Positions 10,417-20,134 of a stretch of DNA of 64,000 nucleotides are shown here, piece after piece. The translations under genes and the position numbers were made by a program. Each line of letters starts with the position of its first letter. Position 1 is the first letter of the stretch. Under the pieces are notes generated by a model, which saw only the letters and a program-made list of their open reading frames with translations, ran no database searches and was not told the origin of the DNA. The stretch lies in the NCBI GenBank assembly GCA_034439575.1, contig JAWXAQ010000007.1, positions 288,454-352,453 of the forward strand. The letters run 5' to 3'. The DNA is from Leptospira sp. (GTDB taxonomy: Bacteria > Spirochaetota > Leptospiria > Leptospirales > Leptospiraceae).

Positions 10417-11385
10417 TTATAATCCTTTTTGTAATAGATCGTGAACAGAAACCATTCCTAAGAATTTTTGATCTTTGTCTACGACGGGAGCGACCGAAAT
10501 AGGTCTTTCTCGTTCTTCCATTTGTAATAGAACATCGTAAGCCTTGTCCTCTGGATGAAAAAAACTAGGCTTTGAATTCATCATTTCTTTCGCTATGATT
10601 CCTTCATTTATTTTTTTATTAGAAAGAGCTTTTCTGATATCATAATCGGTAATCAGGCCAATAAGTTTCCCAACATTATCTACAACACCAGTCGCCCCCA
10701 ATCCCTTGCGGGTTATTTCTTTTAAAATATCATCTAAATTTGCATCTTCTGTAACGGTTGCGTTTTTCTCCTCTCTTCGCATAACGTCAGATAAGTGCAG
10801 TGAAAGTCTTTTGCCTAGCCTTCCCGCCGGATGATACAAAGCAAAATCATCAGCTTGAAATTTTTTAAGTTCCATCAATGCCATGGCGATCGCATCGCCT
10901 AACATAAGGGCTATTGTAGTAGAAGATGTTGGTGCTAAAGCCAAAGGGCAAGCTTCTTTTAAAATTGGAGTAACAATGATTATATCTGAAAGTTCTGCTA
11001 ACCTTGATTTGTCATTTGCTGTAATTCCGACTATTTTTGCACCTATTCGTTTCAAGGTAGGCAGAATATAATTGAGTTCTTCGGACTCTCCACTTTTTCC
11101 AATGGCAAGAACCACATCATCCGGACCAACAATACCAGAATCACCATGAGAGGCATCCGTCGGATGTAAAAAATAAGCCGAAGTTCCGGTTGAGGATAGA
11201 GTATGGGAAATTTTTTTGGCAATGTCACCTGACTTGCCTACACCAGTTACAATCACTTTTCCTTTGCTATCTAAAATCAGTTGAATGCACTTAGCGATAT
11301 TCGGGTCTAAAGAATTTCTAAAATGGTTAATGGATGAAATTTCGTCATCTAGTGCTCGTTCAACGATTGATAAAATATGATTCAT
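10417..11385 (-). CDS. kdsD: Arabinose-5-phosphate isomerase (KpsF/GutQ family; SIS plus CBS pair)
   Basis: VTGVGKSG, HGDSG, EACPLALAPTSSTT, HPAGRLG, two CBS domains; ATG 11385 overlaps upstream stop (ATGA). Confidence 0.92.
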   Translation of the reverse strand: MNHILSIVERALDDEISSINHFRNSLDPNIAKCIQLILDSKGKVIVTGVGKSGDIAKKISHTLSSTGTSAYFLHPTDASHGDSGIVGPDDVVLAIGKSGESEELNYILPTLKRIGAKIVGITANDKSRLAELSDIIIVTPILKEACPLALAPTSSTTIALMLGDAIAMALMELKKFQADDFALYHPAGRLGKRLSLHLSDVMRREEKNATVTEDANLDDILKEITRKGLGATGVVDNVGKLIGLITDYDIRKALSNKKINEGIIAKEMMNSKPSFFHPEDKAYDVLLQMEERERPISVAPVVDKDQKFLGMVSVHDLLQKGL

Positions 11386-11921
11386 AATTTTAATTCTTCC
11401 CATTCAATGTCTTCGATTTTCATTTCTGTGATCACAACTTGATTCATTGCTGAAAATCGAAGGAATACTGCGACTTTGTTTTTGCGTTTTTCTATTTCTA
11501 AAATTTTTCCAGCAAGAGGGCCGGAAATTACCTTCACAAACTTTCCTTTTTGTAATGCCTCATTTTCTCTTACTTCTATAGATTCTGTTCGAATTTTCAA
11601 AATATTCCTCAATTCTTCGATTTCTTCTATTGTTACTGTTGCAGGCACGCCCTTATCAAATACAAAATGATGAGAGCCAGGCAATTGCAAAACTTTCATC
11701 CTTTCTTTCCAGAAATCAATATGTACAAATAAATAAGATTTAAAACAAGGAGTATCAATCATACGAAAACGATCACTCCACTTTTTCCTTTCAGTGATAA
11801 GTGGAAGATAACTATCAACTTTGTATTTGCGAAGATGTTGTGCTAATTTTTTTTCAGCGCGCGGAAGGGTATAAACTATATACCAAAACTTTCCTTCGTT
11901 AGTTGGTTCATTCTCTGACAT
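11382..11921 (-). CDS. NusG-paralog transcription antiterminator (UpxY/LoaP-like)
   Basis: WYIVYTLPRAEKK, YLPL...RKKWSDR...PCFKSYLFV NGN domain; KOW GKFVKVISGPLAG. Confidence 0.85.
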   Translation of the reverse strand: MSENEPTNEGKFWYIVYTLPRAEKKLAQHLRKYKVDSYLPLITERKKWSDRFRMIDTPCFKSYLFVHIDFWKERMKVLQLPGSHHFVFDKGVPATVTIEEIEELRNILKIRTESIEVRENEALQKGKFVKVISGPLAGKILEIEKRKNKVAVFLRFSAMNQVVITEMKIEDIEWEELKL

Positions 11922-12402
11922 GAATTCTGAAGCGAATCGGTAGAATTAGATTTTTTCCTTTTGATGAAAGAAATTTCCAGAAACGTAACTGGGTTCTTAT
12001 CTGCGCATCGAAAACATCATACCTACACGGTGCTATGACAGTCAAATTCTCAACTCCACCATTTTCTGCAACAGTTACTCTAAAGGTACATTCGTCCTCT
12101 AAAGCCTGTTCCAAGGCAATTTCTGGGTAAGTTAATGAGTTTCGAAATCGTTCAATTTCTGCTTCATCTGTATTTGTTCCAACCAATTGGTCCATTGCAT
12201 TTTGATTCATTGATACTTGACCAATTCCAGAATTAGGCCTTTGGGAAATGGATTGGAGAGATATTGGCGAACCTTTAGTTAGGTGAAGGATAATTCGTTC
12301 TGAGTCAGAAGGATAGGCAAACAAGAATATCCCTAAAACAAATAGATGAATGCTCAAAGAGAAAATTATAAATGATATAAATGGATTCCTTTTTGGGAAC
12401 AT
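11908..12402 (-). CDS. Energy transducer TonB-like protein (TM plus TonB C-terminal domain)
   Basis: N-terminal TM with SLSIH; LTYPEIALEQALE...VTVAENGGV...FD...WKF...LPIRF. Confidence 0.75.
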   Translation of the reverse strand: MFPKRNPFISFIIFSLSIHLFVLGIFLFAYPSDSERIILHLTKGSPISLQSISQRPNSGIGQVSMNQNAMDQLVGTNTDEAEIERFRNSLTYPEIALEQALEDECTFRVTVAENGGVENLTVIAPCRYDVFDAQIRTQLRFWKFLSSKGKNLILPIRFRIHVRE

Positions 12403-12497
12403 AAACTTTTCTTTTGCCTAAGGTCAAATTCTCAAAACTCTCTATTTTAGAAAAACTTAATTGGATCAATTTCATTCCCATTTTAGATTGGTTGCAT

Positions 12498-13637
12498 ATG
12501 CCTTCAACTTGGGGAAAAATTTTCAAAGTATCCACATATGGCGAATCACACGGAGTTTCTGTCGGTGTGGTTGTCGAGGGAGTTCCCGCCGGATTGCCAT
12601 TTCCATTGGATGAAATTCAAAAAGATCTAACACGCAGAAGACCTGGCCAAAATGACCTGACGACTCCCAGAGACGAAGAAGATTTGGTCATCATAGAATC
12701 TGGCGTTTTTCAGGACAAAACTACAGGAAGCCCAATTCTTTTAAAAGTTAACAATAAAAATACGATAGGTGCAGACTATGATGAGATGGCACATGTTTTT
12801 CGCCCTTCTCATGCAGATTATACCTATTCTGAAAAATATGGGCACAGAGCTCATGTCGGTGGCGGTCGGTCTTCTGTCAGAGAAACGATTGGTCGGGTAG
12901 CAGCTGGTGGTCTCGCGAGAGTGATATTAGGGAGAGAACTCGGGATTCAAACAGTTGCCTGGGTTGATAGCGTTGGTCTTATCGATTCAAAGATAACCGA
13001 AGACCAATTTCCAATTAGCAGAGATTATGTGGACAAATTTCCGACACGATGCCCGAATCAAGTTGTCAATGATGAAATGGAATTGTTAATACGAAAACTG
13101 AGAGACGAAGGTGATTCTGTAGGTGGAGTCGTGAAAGCTGTTGTTCGCAATTTACCACCTGGTCTAGGAGATCCCGTTTATGATAAGTTAGATGCCGATC
13201 TAGCAAAAGCCTTATTATCAATTTCTGCATGTAAAGGTTTTGAAATAGGTTCTGGATTTATGGGAACTCGCCAATTAGGTAGCACACATAATGATGAATT
13301 TTACATCGAACATAGTTCTGGAAAAGTCAAAACAAGAACCAATCATTCCGGCGGAATTCAAGGTGGCATTTCCAATGGTATGGATTTAATTTTACGTGCT
13401 GCATTCAAACCCACATCCACGATCAAAAAAGCGCAAAATACTGTTAATGATAAAAATGAAGAAACGATATTGAAAGCCAAGGGAAGACATGACCCTTGTG
13501 TTTTACCTAGAGCGGTTCCCATTGTAGAAGCAGTAATCAATCTTGTACTTATCGATGCTTATTTTTATCAAAGGGCACTACAGCCTAAATGGTTTTTAAA
13601 GTATGCAAATTTAAAAAGTATTCCAGACCAAGGATAA
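12498..13637 (+). CDS. aroC: Chorismate synthase (start ATG 12498)
   Basis: [51 protein letters not shown]. Confidence 0.97.
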   Translation: MPSTWGKIFKVSTYGESHGVSVGVVVEGVPAGLPFPLDEIQKDLTRRRPGQNDLTTPRDEEDLVIIESGVFQDKTTGSPILLKVNNKNTIGADYDEMAHVFRPSHADYTYSEKYGHRAHVGGGRSSVRETIGRVAAGGLARVILGRELGIQTVAWVDSVGLIDSKITEDQFPISRDYVDKFPTRCPNQVVNDEMELLIRKLRDEGDSVGGVVKAVVRNLPPGLGDPVYDKLDADLAKALLSISACKGFEIGSGFMGTRQLGSTHNDEFYIEHSSGKVKTRTNHSGGIQGGISNGMDLILRAAFKPTSTIKKAQNTVNDKNEETILKAKGRHDPCVLPRAVPIVEAVINLVLIDAYFYQRALQPKWFLKYANLKSIPDQG

Positions 13638-13641
13638 CATT

Positions 13642-14367
13642 GTGAAAGTATTCCATGTTTTGTTAGCTGAAGATGATTCGAGCAATGCTGGAATAGTGAT
13701 AAATCTATTGGAGAGATATAATTTTGCAGTTACTCATGCTCAGGATGGAATGCTTGCGTTGTCCAAATTGAGGACCAAAGAATATGATTTAATAATCTGT
13801 GATATAATGATGCCACATATGGATGGATTAACACTTATTGAAAAAGGAAAGGATTATATAAAACATACTCCTGTAATTATGCTAACTTCTGCAGGTGATA
13901 AGGATATGATTGTAAGAGCCGCTCATAGTGGTGTCAGTGCATATCTTTTAAAACCGGTGACTAGTGTCTCTTTGCTCGAAAAAATCCAACCTCTGTTAAA
14001 ATTAACTCCCGAAATGATTTTTGATAAAAAGCTATTTCCTTTAACATTAACATTTAATAGCAAATCAGTCTCAGAAATTGAAATGAAAATTGTGGGATGT
14101 CCTTGGCGAAAGGATAAAGGACAAATCTTTGAGCAGTTCAGCCACTTTTTAGCGGGTAGGGCGACTTTTACTGATTTAAAAATAATTATAGATACAGACT
14201 ATTTCTTAGATGGAAAAGCCCTGATCATTTTGGAAGATTTTTTAAGTTCTGTTGCCAAAAAAACTAACATCAGATCTAAAAATATTCAAATTGAATCGGG
14301 AGTATTGAAGAAAATTAAACCAAGTCTAAAAGAATATGAATGTCTTAAAGACGTTTTTATTATTTAG
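13642..14367 (+). CDS. Response regulator (REC domain plus unassigned C-terminal domain)
   Basis: LLAEDD, CDIMMPHMDG, PVIMLTS, YLLKP. Confidence 0.85.
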   Translation: MKVFHVLLAEDDSSNAGIVINLLERYNFAVTHAQDGMLALSKLRTKEYDLIICDIMMPHMDGLTLIEKGKDYIKHTPVIMLTSAGDKDMIVRAAHSGVSAYLLKPVTSVSLLEKIQPLLKLTPEMIFDKKLFPLTLTFNSKSVSEIEMKIVGCPWRKDKGQIFEQFSHFLAGRATFTDLKIIIDTDYFLDGKALIILEDFLSSVAKKTNIRSKNIQIESGVLKKIKPSLKEYECLKDVFII

Positions 14368-14377
14368 AAAGGAAGGT

Positions 14378-14405
14378 TTGACAGAATTGCACAAAGCATT
14401 CTAAT
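14378..14405 (+). promoter_or_regulatory. Possible sigma70 promoter for nuoG-nuoI
   Basis: TTGACA (14378-14383), 16-bp spacer, TCTAAT (14400-14405). Confidence 0.4.
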
Positions 14406-14426
14406 CATACCAAGGGGGCTCGCTCT

Positions 14427-15881
14427 TTGGTAAAGATAAAGATTGATGGTGTCGAGTTCGAAGTCGACGAAAAGAAAAACTTAATTGATGCCGCAAAAGA
14501 TGTAGGCGTTGAGATCCCTTATTTTTGTTATCATCCCGCTCTCTCGATTGTTGGTATGTGCCGCATGTGTTTGATTGAGATAGAGGGTGTTCCGAGACTA
14601 CAAGCCGCTTGCAATACTCCAGTCAAAGATGGAATGGGTATCATCACAAAATCAGATCGTGTAAAAGAAGCACGGGCTGGTACAATGGAATTTCTACTCG
14701 CAAATCATCCGTTAGATTGTCCGGTTTGTGATAAAGCTGGAGAATGTAAACTCCAAGACAATGCCTTTGGCTCAGGCAAGGGTCATTCTCGATTTGAATT
14801 TGAAAAACGAAATGTTCCCCAAGAAGAAATTGGCACAAATTTAATTATCAATCATAATCGTTGTATTGTTTGTTATCGTTGTGTTCGTTTTGAAGAAGAA
14901 AAAGTAGGCCAATCAAACTTAGGACTATTTGAACGCGGAAATCATTCTTTGATCGGTTTAGCAAATGATGAACCGATTGATCATAACTACCAAGGTGCCT
15001 TGGCGGATATTTGTCCCGTAGGTGCATTGTTAAATAATAAAACTCTTTTTAAATCAAGAGTGTGGTGGTACAAATCACATTCATCCGTATGTCATGGTTG
15101 TTCCACAGGTTGTAACGTAACAACGAATGTGCGAGACAATAAAATGTATCGTTATATGGTAAAAGAAAATTATGAAAAGGGTATGTTTTTCTTATGTGAT
15201 AAAGGCCGATTTGATATTGATTGGATGAATGAAAATCGCTTATTAGCCTATTTAGAAAAAGGAAAACCTTCTACTTCAGTTGATGTGATTCCAAAGATTT
15301 CAGATCTGATTCAAAAGTCCAATGGCATTGCCATCCTTGGTGGTGCCCATGAATCAAATGAAAATTTGGAAAAGATAAAGAAGGCATTGCCTGAAATTTC
15401 TAAGGCTTTTGCAGATAAAACAATAATTATGGAAGTGCGCGTCTCAGATCCTCAGTATAAAGAAACGGAACAAGTTGATTTCCTACTTACAAAAGACAGT
15501 CATCCAAATACAAGGGGTGCTGTTGACTTGGGCCTTACACTTTCGAATGGTTTAAACGACATTGAATCTCTGGTTAATTCTGGTAAGGTGGATGTTGTTT
15601 TTATAATCAAAGAAGAGGTCCCAAACTTTTTAAAAGGTAAAGCGACTTTGGTGGTTCTTGATACAAATCTGACTGTTTCGGCACAGGAAGCAGACTTTGC
15701 AGTTCCTATAAAGATTTTTGCCGAAGAAGCTGGATCTTTTACAAATAAAAACGGATTAAAACAAAATTTTGAAAAGTCAATGGAATCCCCTCAAGGACTG
15801 CCATCGTCTGCAGAATTTTTTCAAAGGCTCTTAACATCTGCTAATGTTAAAAAAGAAGAGGTGCTCCTTGGGAACGGTTAA
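14427..15881 (+). CDS. nuoG: NADH-quinone oxidoreductase subunit G (short form)
   Basis: [17 protein letters not shown], [46 protein letters not shown] Fe-S motifs. Confidence 0.92.
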   Translation: MVKIKIDGVEFEVDEKKNLIDAAKDVGVEIPYFCYHPALSIVGMCRMCLIEIEGVPRLQAACNTPVKDGMGIITKSDRVKEARAGTMEFLLANHPLDCPVCDKAGECKLQDNAFGSGKGHSRFEFEKRNVPQEEIGTNLIINHNRCIVCYRCVRFEEEKVGQSNLGLFERGNHSLIGLANDEPIDHNYQGALADICPVGALLNNKTLFKSRVWWYKSHSSVCHGCSTGCNVTTNVRDNKMYRYMVKENYEKGMFFLCDKGRFDIDWMNENRLLAYLEKGKPSTSVDVIPKISDLIQKSNGIAILGGAHESNENLEKIKKALPEISKAFADKTIIMEVRVSDPQYKETEQVDFLLTKDSHPNTRGAVDLGLTLSNGLNDIESLVNSGKVDVVFIIKEEVPNFLKGKATLVVLDTNLTVSAQEADFAVPIKIFAEEAGSFTNKNGLKQNFEKSMESPQGLPSSAEFFQRLLTSANVKKEEVLLGNG

Positions 15882-16395
15882 TGTCATCAATGTAGCAAAA
15901 AGGCACCAATTCTCTTGGTATGAAAAGTTTTATTTTTGGTCGATTGGCAAGGGGATGTGGATTACCCTCAAACACTTTTTGAAAGTGGCACTTTTCAACC
16001 GTCAGGTTACAATTGAATACCCCGAAAAAAAGCGCCAGTATTCCACGCGCTTTCGCGGTATGCATTCTATGAAAAGAGATGAACAAGGACGTGAAAGATG
16101 TACGGCTTGTTTTTGTTGTATGTGGATTTGTCCTGCTAACGCAATTTTAATTGAAGCCGCAGAAGTAACGAGCGAAAATCAACACTTACATCCTGAAGAT
16201 AAATTTGCACAAAAATTTGAAATCAACTTACTTCGTTGCATATTCTGTGGGTTATGCGAAGAGGCATGTCCTAAAGGTGCCATTTATTTGGATGGAACAG
16301 GTGAGATGGCAGCAGACAACAGAGAAGATCTGATTCTCACAAAAGAACGTATGATGGAAAAAACGGGCGGTCCACTTATTGGTCAGAGAAATTAA
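15868..16395 (+). CDS. nuoI: NADH-quinone oxidoreductase subunit I (start probably TTG 15868)
   Basis: [42 protein letters not shown]. Confidence 0.93.
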   Translation: MGTVNVINVAKRHQFSWYEKFYFWSIGKGMWITLKHFLKVALFNRQVTIEYPEKKRQYSTRFRGMHSMKRDEQGRERCTACFCCMWICPANAILIEAAEVTSENQHLHPEDKFAQKFEINLLRCIFCGLCEEACPKGAIYLDGTGEMAADNREDLILTKERMMEKTGGPLIGQRN

Positions 16396-16455
16396 CCTCT
16401 GGCCGATAAAATTTTTTTTTACCACTAAACCAATCCCTCATTTTGAATTTCTAAA

Positions 16456-17439
16456 TTGTATTTTTTTACTTTCCTCATTCTAATCACTTCCAGTTCAATA
16501 ATTGCACAAGGGCAATTTATAGAATCAAAGGACGATGAACAAAAGTTAATCGATAATCACGCCATTGAAAAACTTCGATTTGGCCTTGCAAATCACATAC
16601 ATTATTATAAAATCAAAAAAACCAAAAACACTGTCGTTGAACAAAGATCAGGTCGTAAAAGACTGCTTGATCATAACTTGATTTTAAGAGCGTTATTCCA
16701 AGGGAATTTATTTCATACTACTTACGGATCTCTTGCACCATTATTTGAGGGAGCAAGTTTTATAGATTTTGGAAGTGCGATATTGTATGAAGAAGGTGCA
16801 GTGACAGTTCGCGATTTATATGAAGATGAGAATTTAAGACCCCATTTCTATAAAATAGTGGCTACAGATATCAATGACATTGCATTCGATCATACGCGAT
16901 ACATAGAAATTCATATGAATGAAAGAGAACCATTTCCCTTTTCATTCAATGAAATACCATTTTTGTTAGATGATCCAGAATACATACGGACACTCACTCG
17001 TATTTATTCAAAGAATGAATTTTCACCTGTGATCTTTCGTTCCACAAATTCGGGCCCAGATTTATTTTATACTGTGGCGGAAATGAAAGAACATTTTGTT
17101 TCGATCCTTGTCGCGAATCCAAATCGGAATATTTTATATTTTTTTAATCGCTTTGTTTTCTTTCGTTCTGTCTGTTCAGACAAATTTCAATTGATTGGTA
17201 CGATCGACGAAAAAATTGGAGTTAACCATAGTTTCAGTGCATGGAAATATATAGATTGGAATCGACGGACATATGCAGAAGGATTCCACCCCAATCGAAA
17301 TTATATTCGCCTCGGAACAGAAGGCCCCATTGCAATAGCTGACCAATTAGATTCTATGTTTCTAAGCAATTCATGCTTTTGGGGACATAAATTGAGACAT
17401 TTTGGTAACAAAATACGTAAAAGCATATCAAAATCGTGA
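16456..17439 (+). CDS. Hypothetical exported protein, possible Rossmann/methyltransferase-like fold
   Basis: Long ORF with signal-like N-terminus; FIDFGSA and IVATDIND resemble SAM-binding motifs I/II. Confidence 0.55.
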   Translation: MYFFTFLILITSSSIIAQGQFIESKDDEQKLIDNHAIEKLRFGLANHIHYYKIKKTKNTVVEQRSGRKRLLDHNLILRALFQGNLFHTTYGSLAPLFEGASFIDFGSAILYEEGAVTVRDLYEDENLRPHFYKIVATDINDIAFDHTRYIEIHMNEREPFPFSFNEIPFLLDDPEYIRTLTRIYSKNEFSPVIFRSTNSGPDLFYTVAEMKEHFVSILVANPNRNILYFFNRFVFFRSVCSDKFQLIGTIDEKIGVNHSFSAWKYIDWNRRTYAEGFHPNRNYIRLGTEGPIAIADQLDSMFLSNSCFWGHKLRHFGNKIRKSISKS

Positions 17440-17506
17440 TTTTTTGTTTCCCATCTTAAGGAACTGTGTACGTTTTTGAATTATACAACCCACAGAGAGG
17501 TAAATC

Positions 17507-18721
17507 ATGGGGAACTCATATATCGTTGATGCTGTTAGAACACCTCGAGGAAAGGGGAAAAAAAGAGGGACACTTGCCAGTGTTCATCCTCAAGAGCTTT
17601 CCGCCGCTACCCTAAAGGCCATCCAAGAAAGAAATGGAATAGATCCAAAAACTGTAGAAGAAGTCGTTATGGGTTGCGTTTCTCAAGTTGCTGACCAAGC
17701 CGCTTGTATCGCCCGTTATGCTGTTATGGCTGCTCATTGGCCAAAGGAAGTTCCTGGTTATACGGTAAATCGTTTTTGTGGCTCCGGCTTACAAGCGCTA
17801 AACAATGTGGCAAATCATGTTGCTTCAGGTGCTATGGACTTAGCTGTCGGTGGTGGCGTTGAATCTATGAGCCGTGTTAAAATGGGCGATGATATGCTCG
17901 GTCGTGATTTCAATGTTGGAAATGATAAAATTGCTCAAAGTTATAATTTAGTTCCGCAAGGAATTTCTGCTGACCTTATTGCAACAAAGTATGATATCAC
18001 TCGGGAAGAAGCTGATCGTTTTGCTGAATCTTCACAACAAAAAGCCCATAATGCTGTTAAGAATGGTTACTTCAAAAAATCAATCGTTCCTATTAAACTT
18101 GATGATGGAAGTGTAGTGACAGAAGAAGAAAATCCACGAATTGAATCTGATTACGCTTTTCTCTCCGGTCTTGGTGCAGTATTTAAAACTATCGGGGAAC
18201 AAGAATTAGATGCTATAGCTTTAAGATCTTACCCAGAAATTAAAAAAATAAACCACATCCATACTTTAGGAAATTCTTCTGGTATTGTGGATGGTGCCGC
18301 GGCTCTACTTGTGGCAAATGATGATGGTTTGAAAAAATACGGATTAAAACCAAGAGCTAAAATTCTCGCTACTGCGGCAACAGGTGAAGATCCAACGATT
18401 ATGTTAACTGGTCCTGTCTCTGCTTCTCAAAAAGCATTGAAGATGGCTGGTCTAAGTGTGAAAGATATTGATCTTTGGGAAATCAACGAAGCTTTTGCTT
18501 CGGTTGTGCTTTATGTTAAAAAAACATTAGGCATTGATTTGGAAAAAATCAATGTCAATGGTGGTGCCATGGCTCTTGGCCATCCACTCGGTGCAACGGG
18601 TGCAATTCTAACTGGTACTGTGTTAGATGAACTTGAACGTCGTGATCTACGCTACGGATTGATAACACTTTGTATCGGTGGTGGAATGGGTATTGCGACT
18701 ATCATTGAAAGATTAAAATAA
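17507..18721 (+). CDS. Acetyl-CoA C-acyltransferase (thiolase)
   Basis: [52 protein letters not shown]. Confidence 0.95.
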   Translation: MGNSYIVDAVRTPRGKGKKRGTLASVHPQELSAATLKAIQERNGIDPKTVEEVVMGCVSQVADQAACIARYAVMAAHWPKEVPGYTVNRFCGSGLQALNNVANHVASGAMDLAVGGGVESMSRVKMGDDMLGRDFNVGNDKIAQSYNLVPQGISADLIATKYDITREEADRFAESSQQKAHNAVKNGYFKKSIVPIKLDDGSVVTEEENPRIESDYAFLSGLGAVFKTIGEQELDAIALRSYPEIKKINHIHTLGNSSGIVDGAAALLVANDDGLKKYGLKPRAKILATAATGEDPTIMLTGPVSASQKALKMAGLSVKDIDLWEINEAFASVVLYVKKTLGIDLEKINVNGGAMALGHPLGATGAILTGTVLDELERRDLRYGLITLCIGGGMGIATIIERLK

Positions 18722-18756
18722 ATCTAATAAAGATTATTTTTATTCAACTAAATTAT

Positions 18757-18790
18757 AGCCAGATTGGGAATCCGATCTGGCTTTTTGTTT
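18757..18790 (+). terminator. Rho-independent terminator after thiolase
   Basis: AGCCAGATTGG-GAAT-CCGATCTGGCT hairpin followed by TTTTGTTT. Confidence 0.8.
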
Positions 18791-18860
18791 GTAATGTGTG
18801 AATGGATTCCGATTCTGTGTTTGAGAGAGTTAAATTTTAATTTTCTGAGATGAGGATTTT

Positions 18861-19202
18861 ATGCCCGCAAGTTTAGACTTACAAGGTTATCATTGTAAAG
18901 ATTGTAAATTTACGGTGATAGAAAATTTCAACGATTGTCCATCATGTGGCGGTCATAATTTAGAAACCATCCACGTAAGCCCTAATGGTCATATTTACAC
19001 ATTCACAATTGTGCATGTGGGTTTCGGTCATATGGCAGAAAGAGCTCCATATGCATTGACAATAGTGGAAACAGAAGATAAAATTAAACTAACAACCGTT
19101 TTAGAAGATGTGGAAGATTTTTCTATGATTAAAATTGGCCAGAAAGTTAAGTTAAAACGCTTTGATGAAAAAATAGGTCCAGTTTTTAGATTAGAAAACT
19201 AA
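18861..19202 (+). CDS. Zn-ribbon/OB-fold protein (DUF35-like)
   Basis: CKDC...CPSCG zinc ribbon, GHIYTFTIVH, PYALTIVE, IKIGQKV. Confidence 0.85.
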   Translation: MPASLDLQGYHCKDCKFTVIENFNDCPSCGGHNLETIHVSPNGHIYTFTIVHVGFGHMAERAPYALTIVETEDKIKLTTVLEDVEDFSMIKIGQKVKLKRFDEKIGPVFRLEN

Positions 19203-20134
19203 TCATGTGAATGATTATGTATTGCCGAATGTTCTTCGTTTAACGCATTTAAATCAAAACAATCCTCATCATTCGTCTCAAATTCAATCGTACTATGAGT
19301 GATGTTCAAATGAATTAACTCATGTTTAATTTTTGATTTAATATTTTTTGTATTTTCATTCTGAGCTATTTTTACATGGCATGTGATTGCGTTTTCATCC
19401 GTGCTCAAACTCCAAACATGAATATGGTGAATGTCTACAACACCTTGGATTTTTAATAAATTATTTTTTACTTCGTCTAACTTAATTCCCTGAGGAACCC
19501 CATCCAATAGAGCAATAAAACTATCTTTAAACAGATCCCAAGTGCTATAAATGATGACAAGAGCAATGATGAGGGAAGTGATTCCATCAAGGAAATACCA
19601 ATGCGTGATTTGTATTAGAATTCCTGAGATAACAACACCCATTGAAACCAATGCATCAACCATCAAATGCCAATAAGCAGCTTTGATATTTAAGTCATGT
19701 GAAATTTTTGAACGAAATAAATAAGCAGACCCAAAATTGATCATAATCCCTATTCCAGCAACCCACGATACAACATTACCATTGATAGGTTGTTGGTTTA
19801 TTAATCTTTCAATTCCTTCCCATGTTATTCCTCCGATGGCTATTGCTAAGAATAAGGAATTTAAAAAAGACGCGAGTATCGTTGATTTTTTATAACCATA
19901 AGAAAGAGTTTTACTAGGTTTAATTTTTTGAAGATAAAAAGCAATAAATGCTATAACTAGTCCAGAAACATCACTTAGGTTATGAACTGCGTCTGATAAA
20001 AGAGCTGTCGATTCATAATTCCAACCAAAGTATATTTCAATGCATGTAAAAATTAGATTTAATGATATGCCAATTAGAAAGGAAATACCTATAGCATTGC
20101 GATCAATTTTTACATGTGAATGATCATGATCCAA
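19199..20134 (-). CDS. Cation diffusion facilitator transporter (CzcD/ZitB-like)
   Basis: ALLSDAVHNLSD, DLNIKAAYWHLMVD, HHIHVWSL, HSTIEFE; His-rich termini. Confidence 0.92.
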   Translation of the reverse strand: MDHDHSHVKIDRNAIGISFLIGISLNLIFTCIEIYFGWNYESTALLSDAVHNLSDVSGLVIAFIAFYLQKIKPSKTLSYGYKKSTILASFLNSLFLAIAIGGITWEGIERLINQQPINGNVVSWVAGIGIMINFGSAYLFRSKISHDLNIKAAYWHLMVDALVSMGVVISGILIQITHWYFLDGITSLIIALVIIYSTWDLFKDSFIALLDGVPQGIKLDEVKNNLLKIQGVVDIHHIHVWSLSTDENAITCHVKIAQNENTKNIKSKIKHELIHLNITHSTIEFETNDEDCFDLNALNEEHSAIHNHSHD

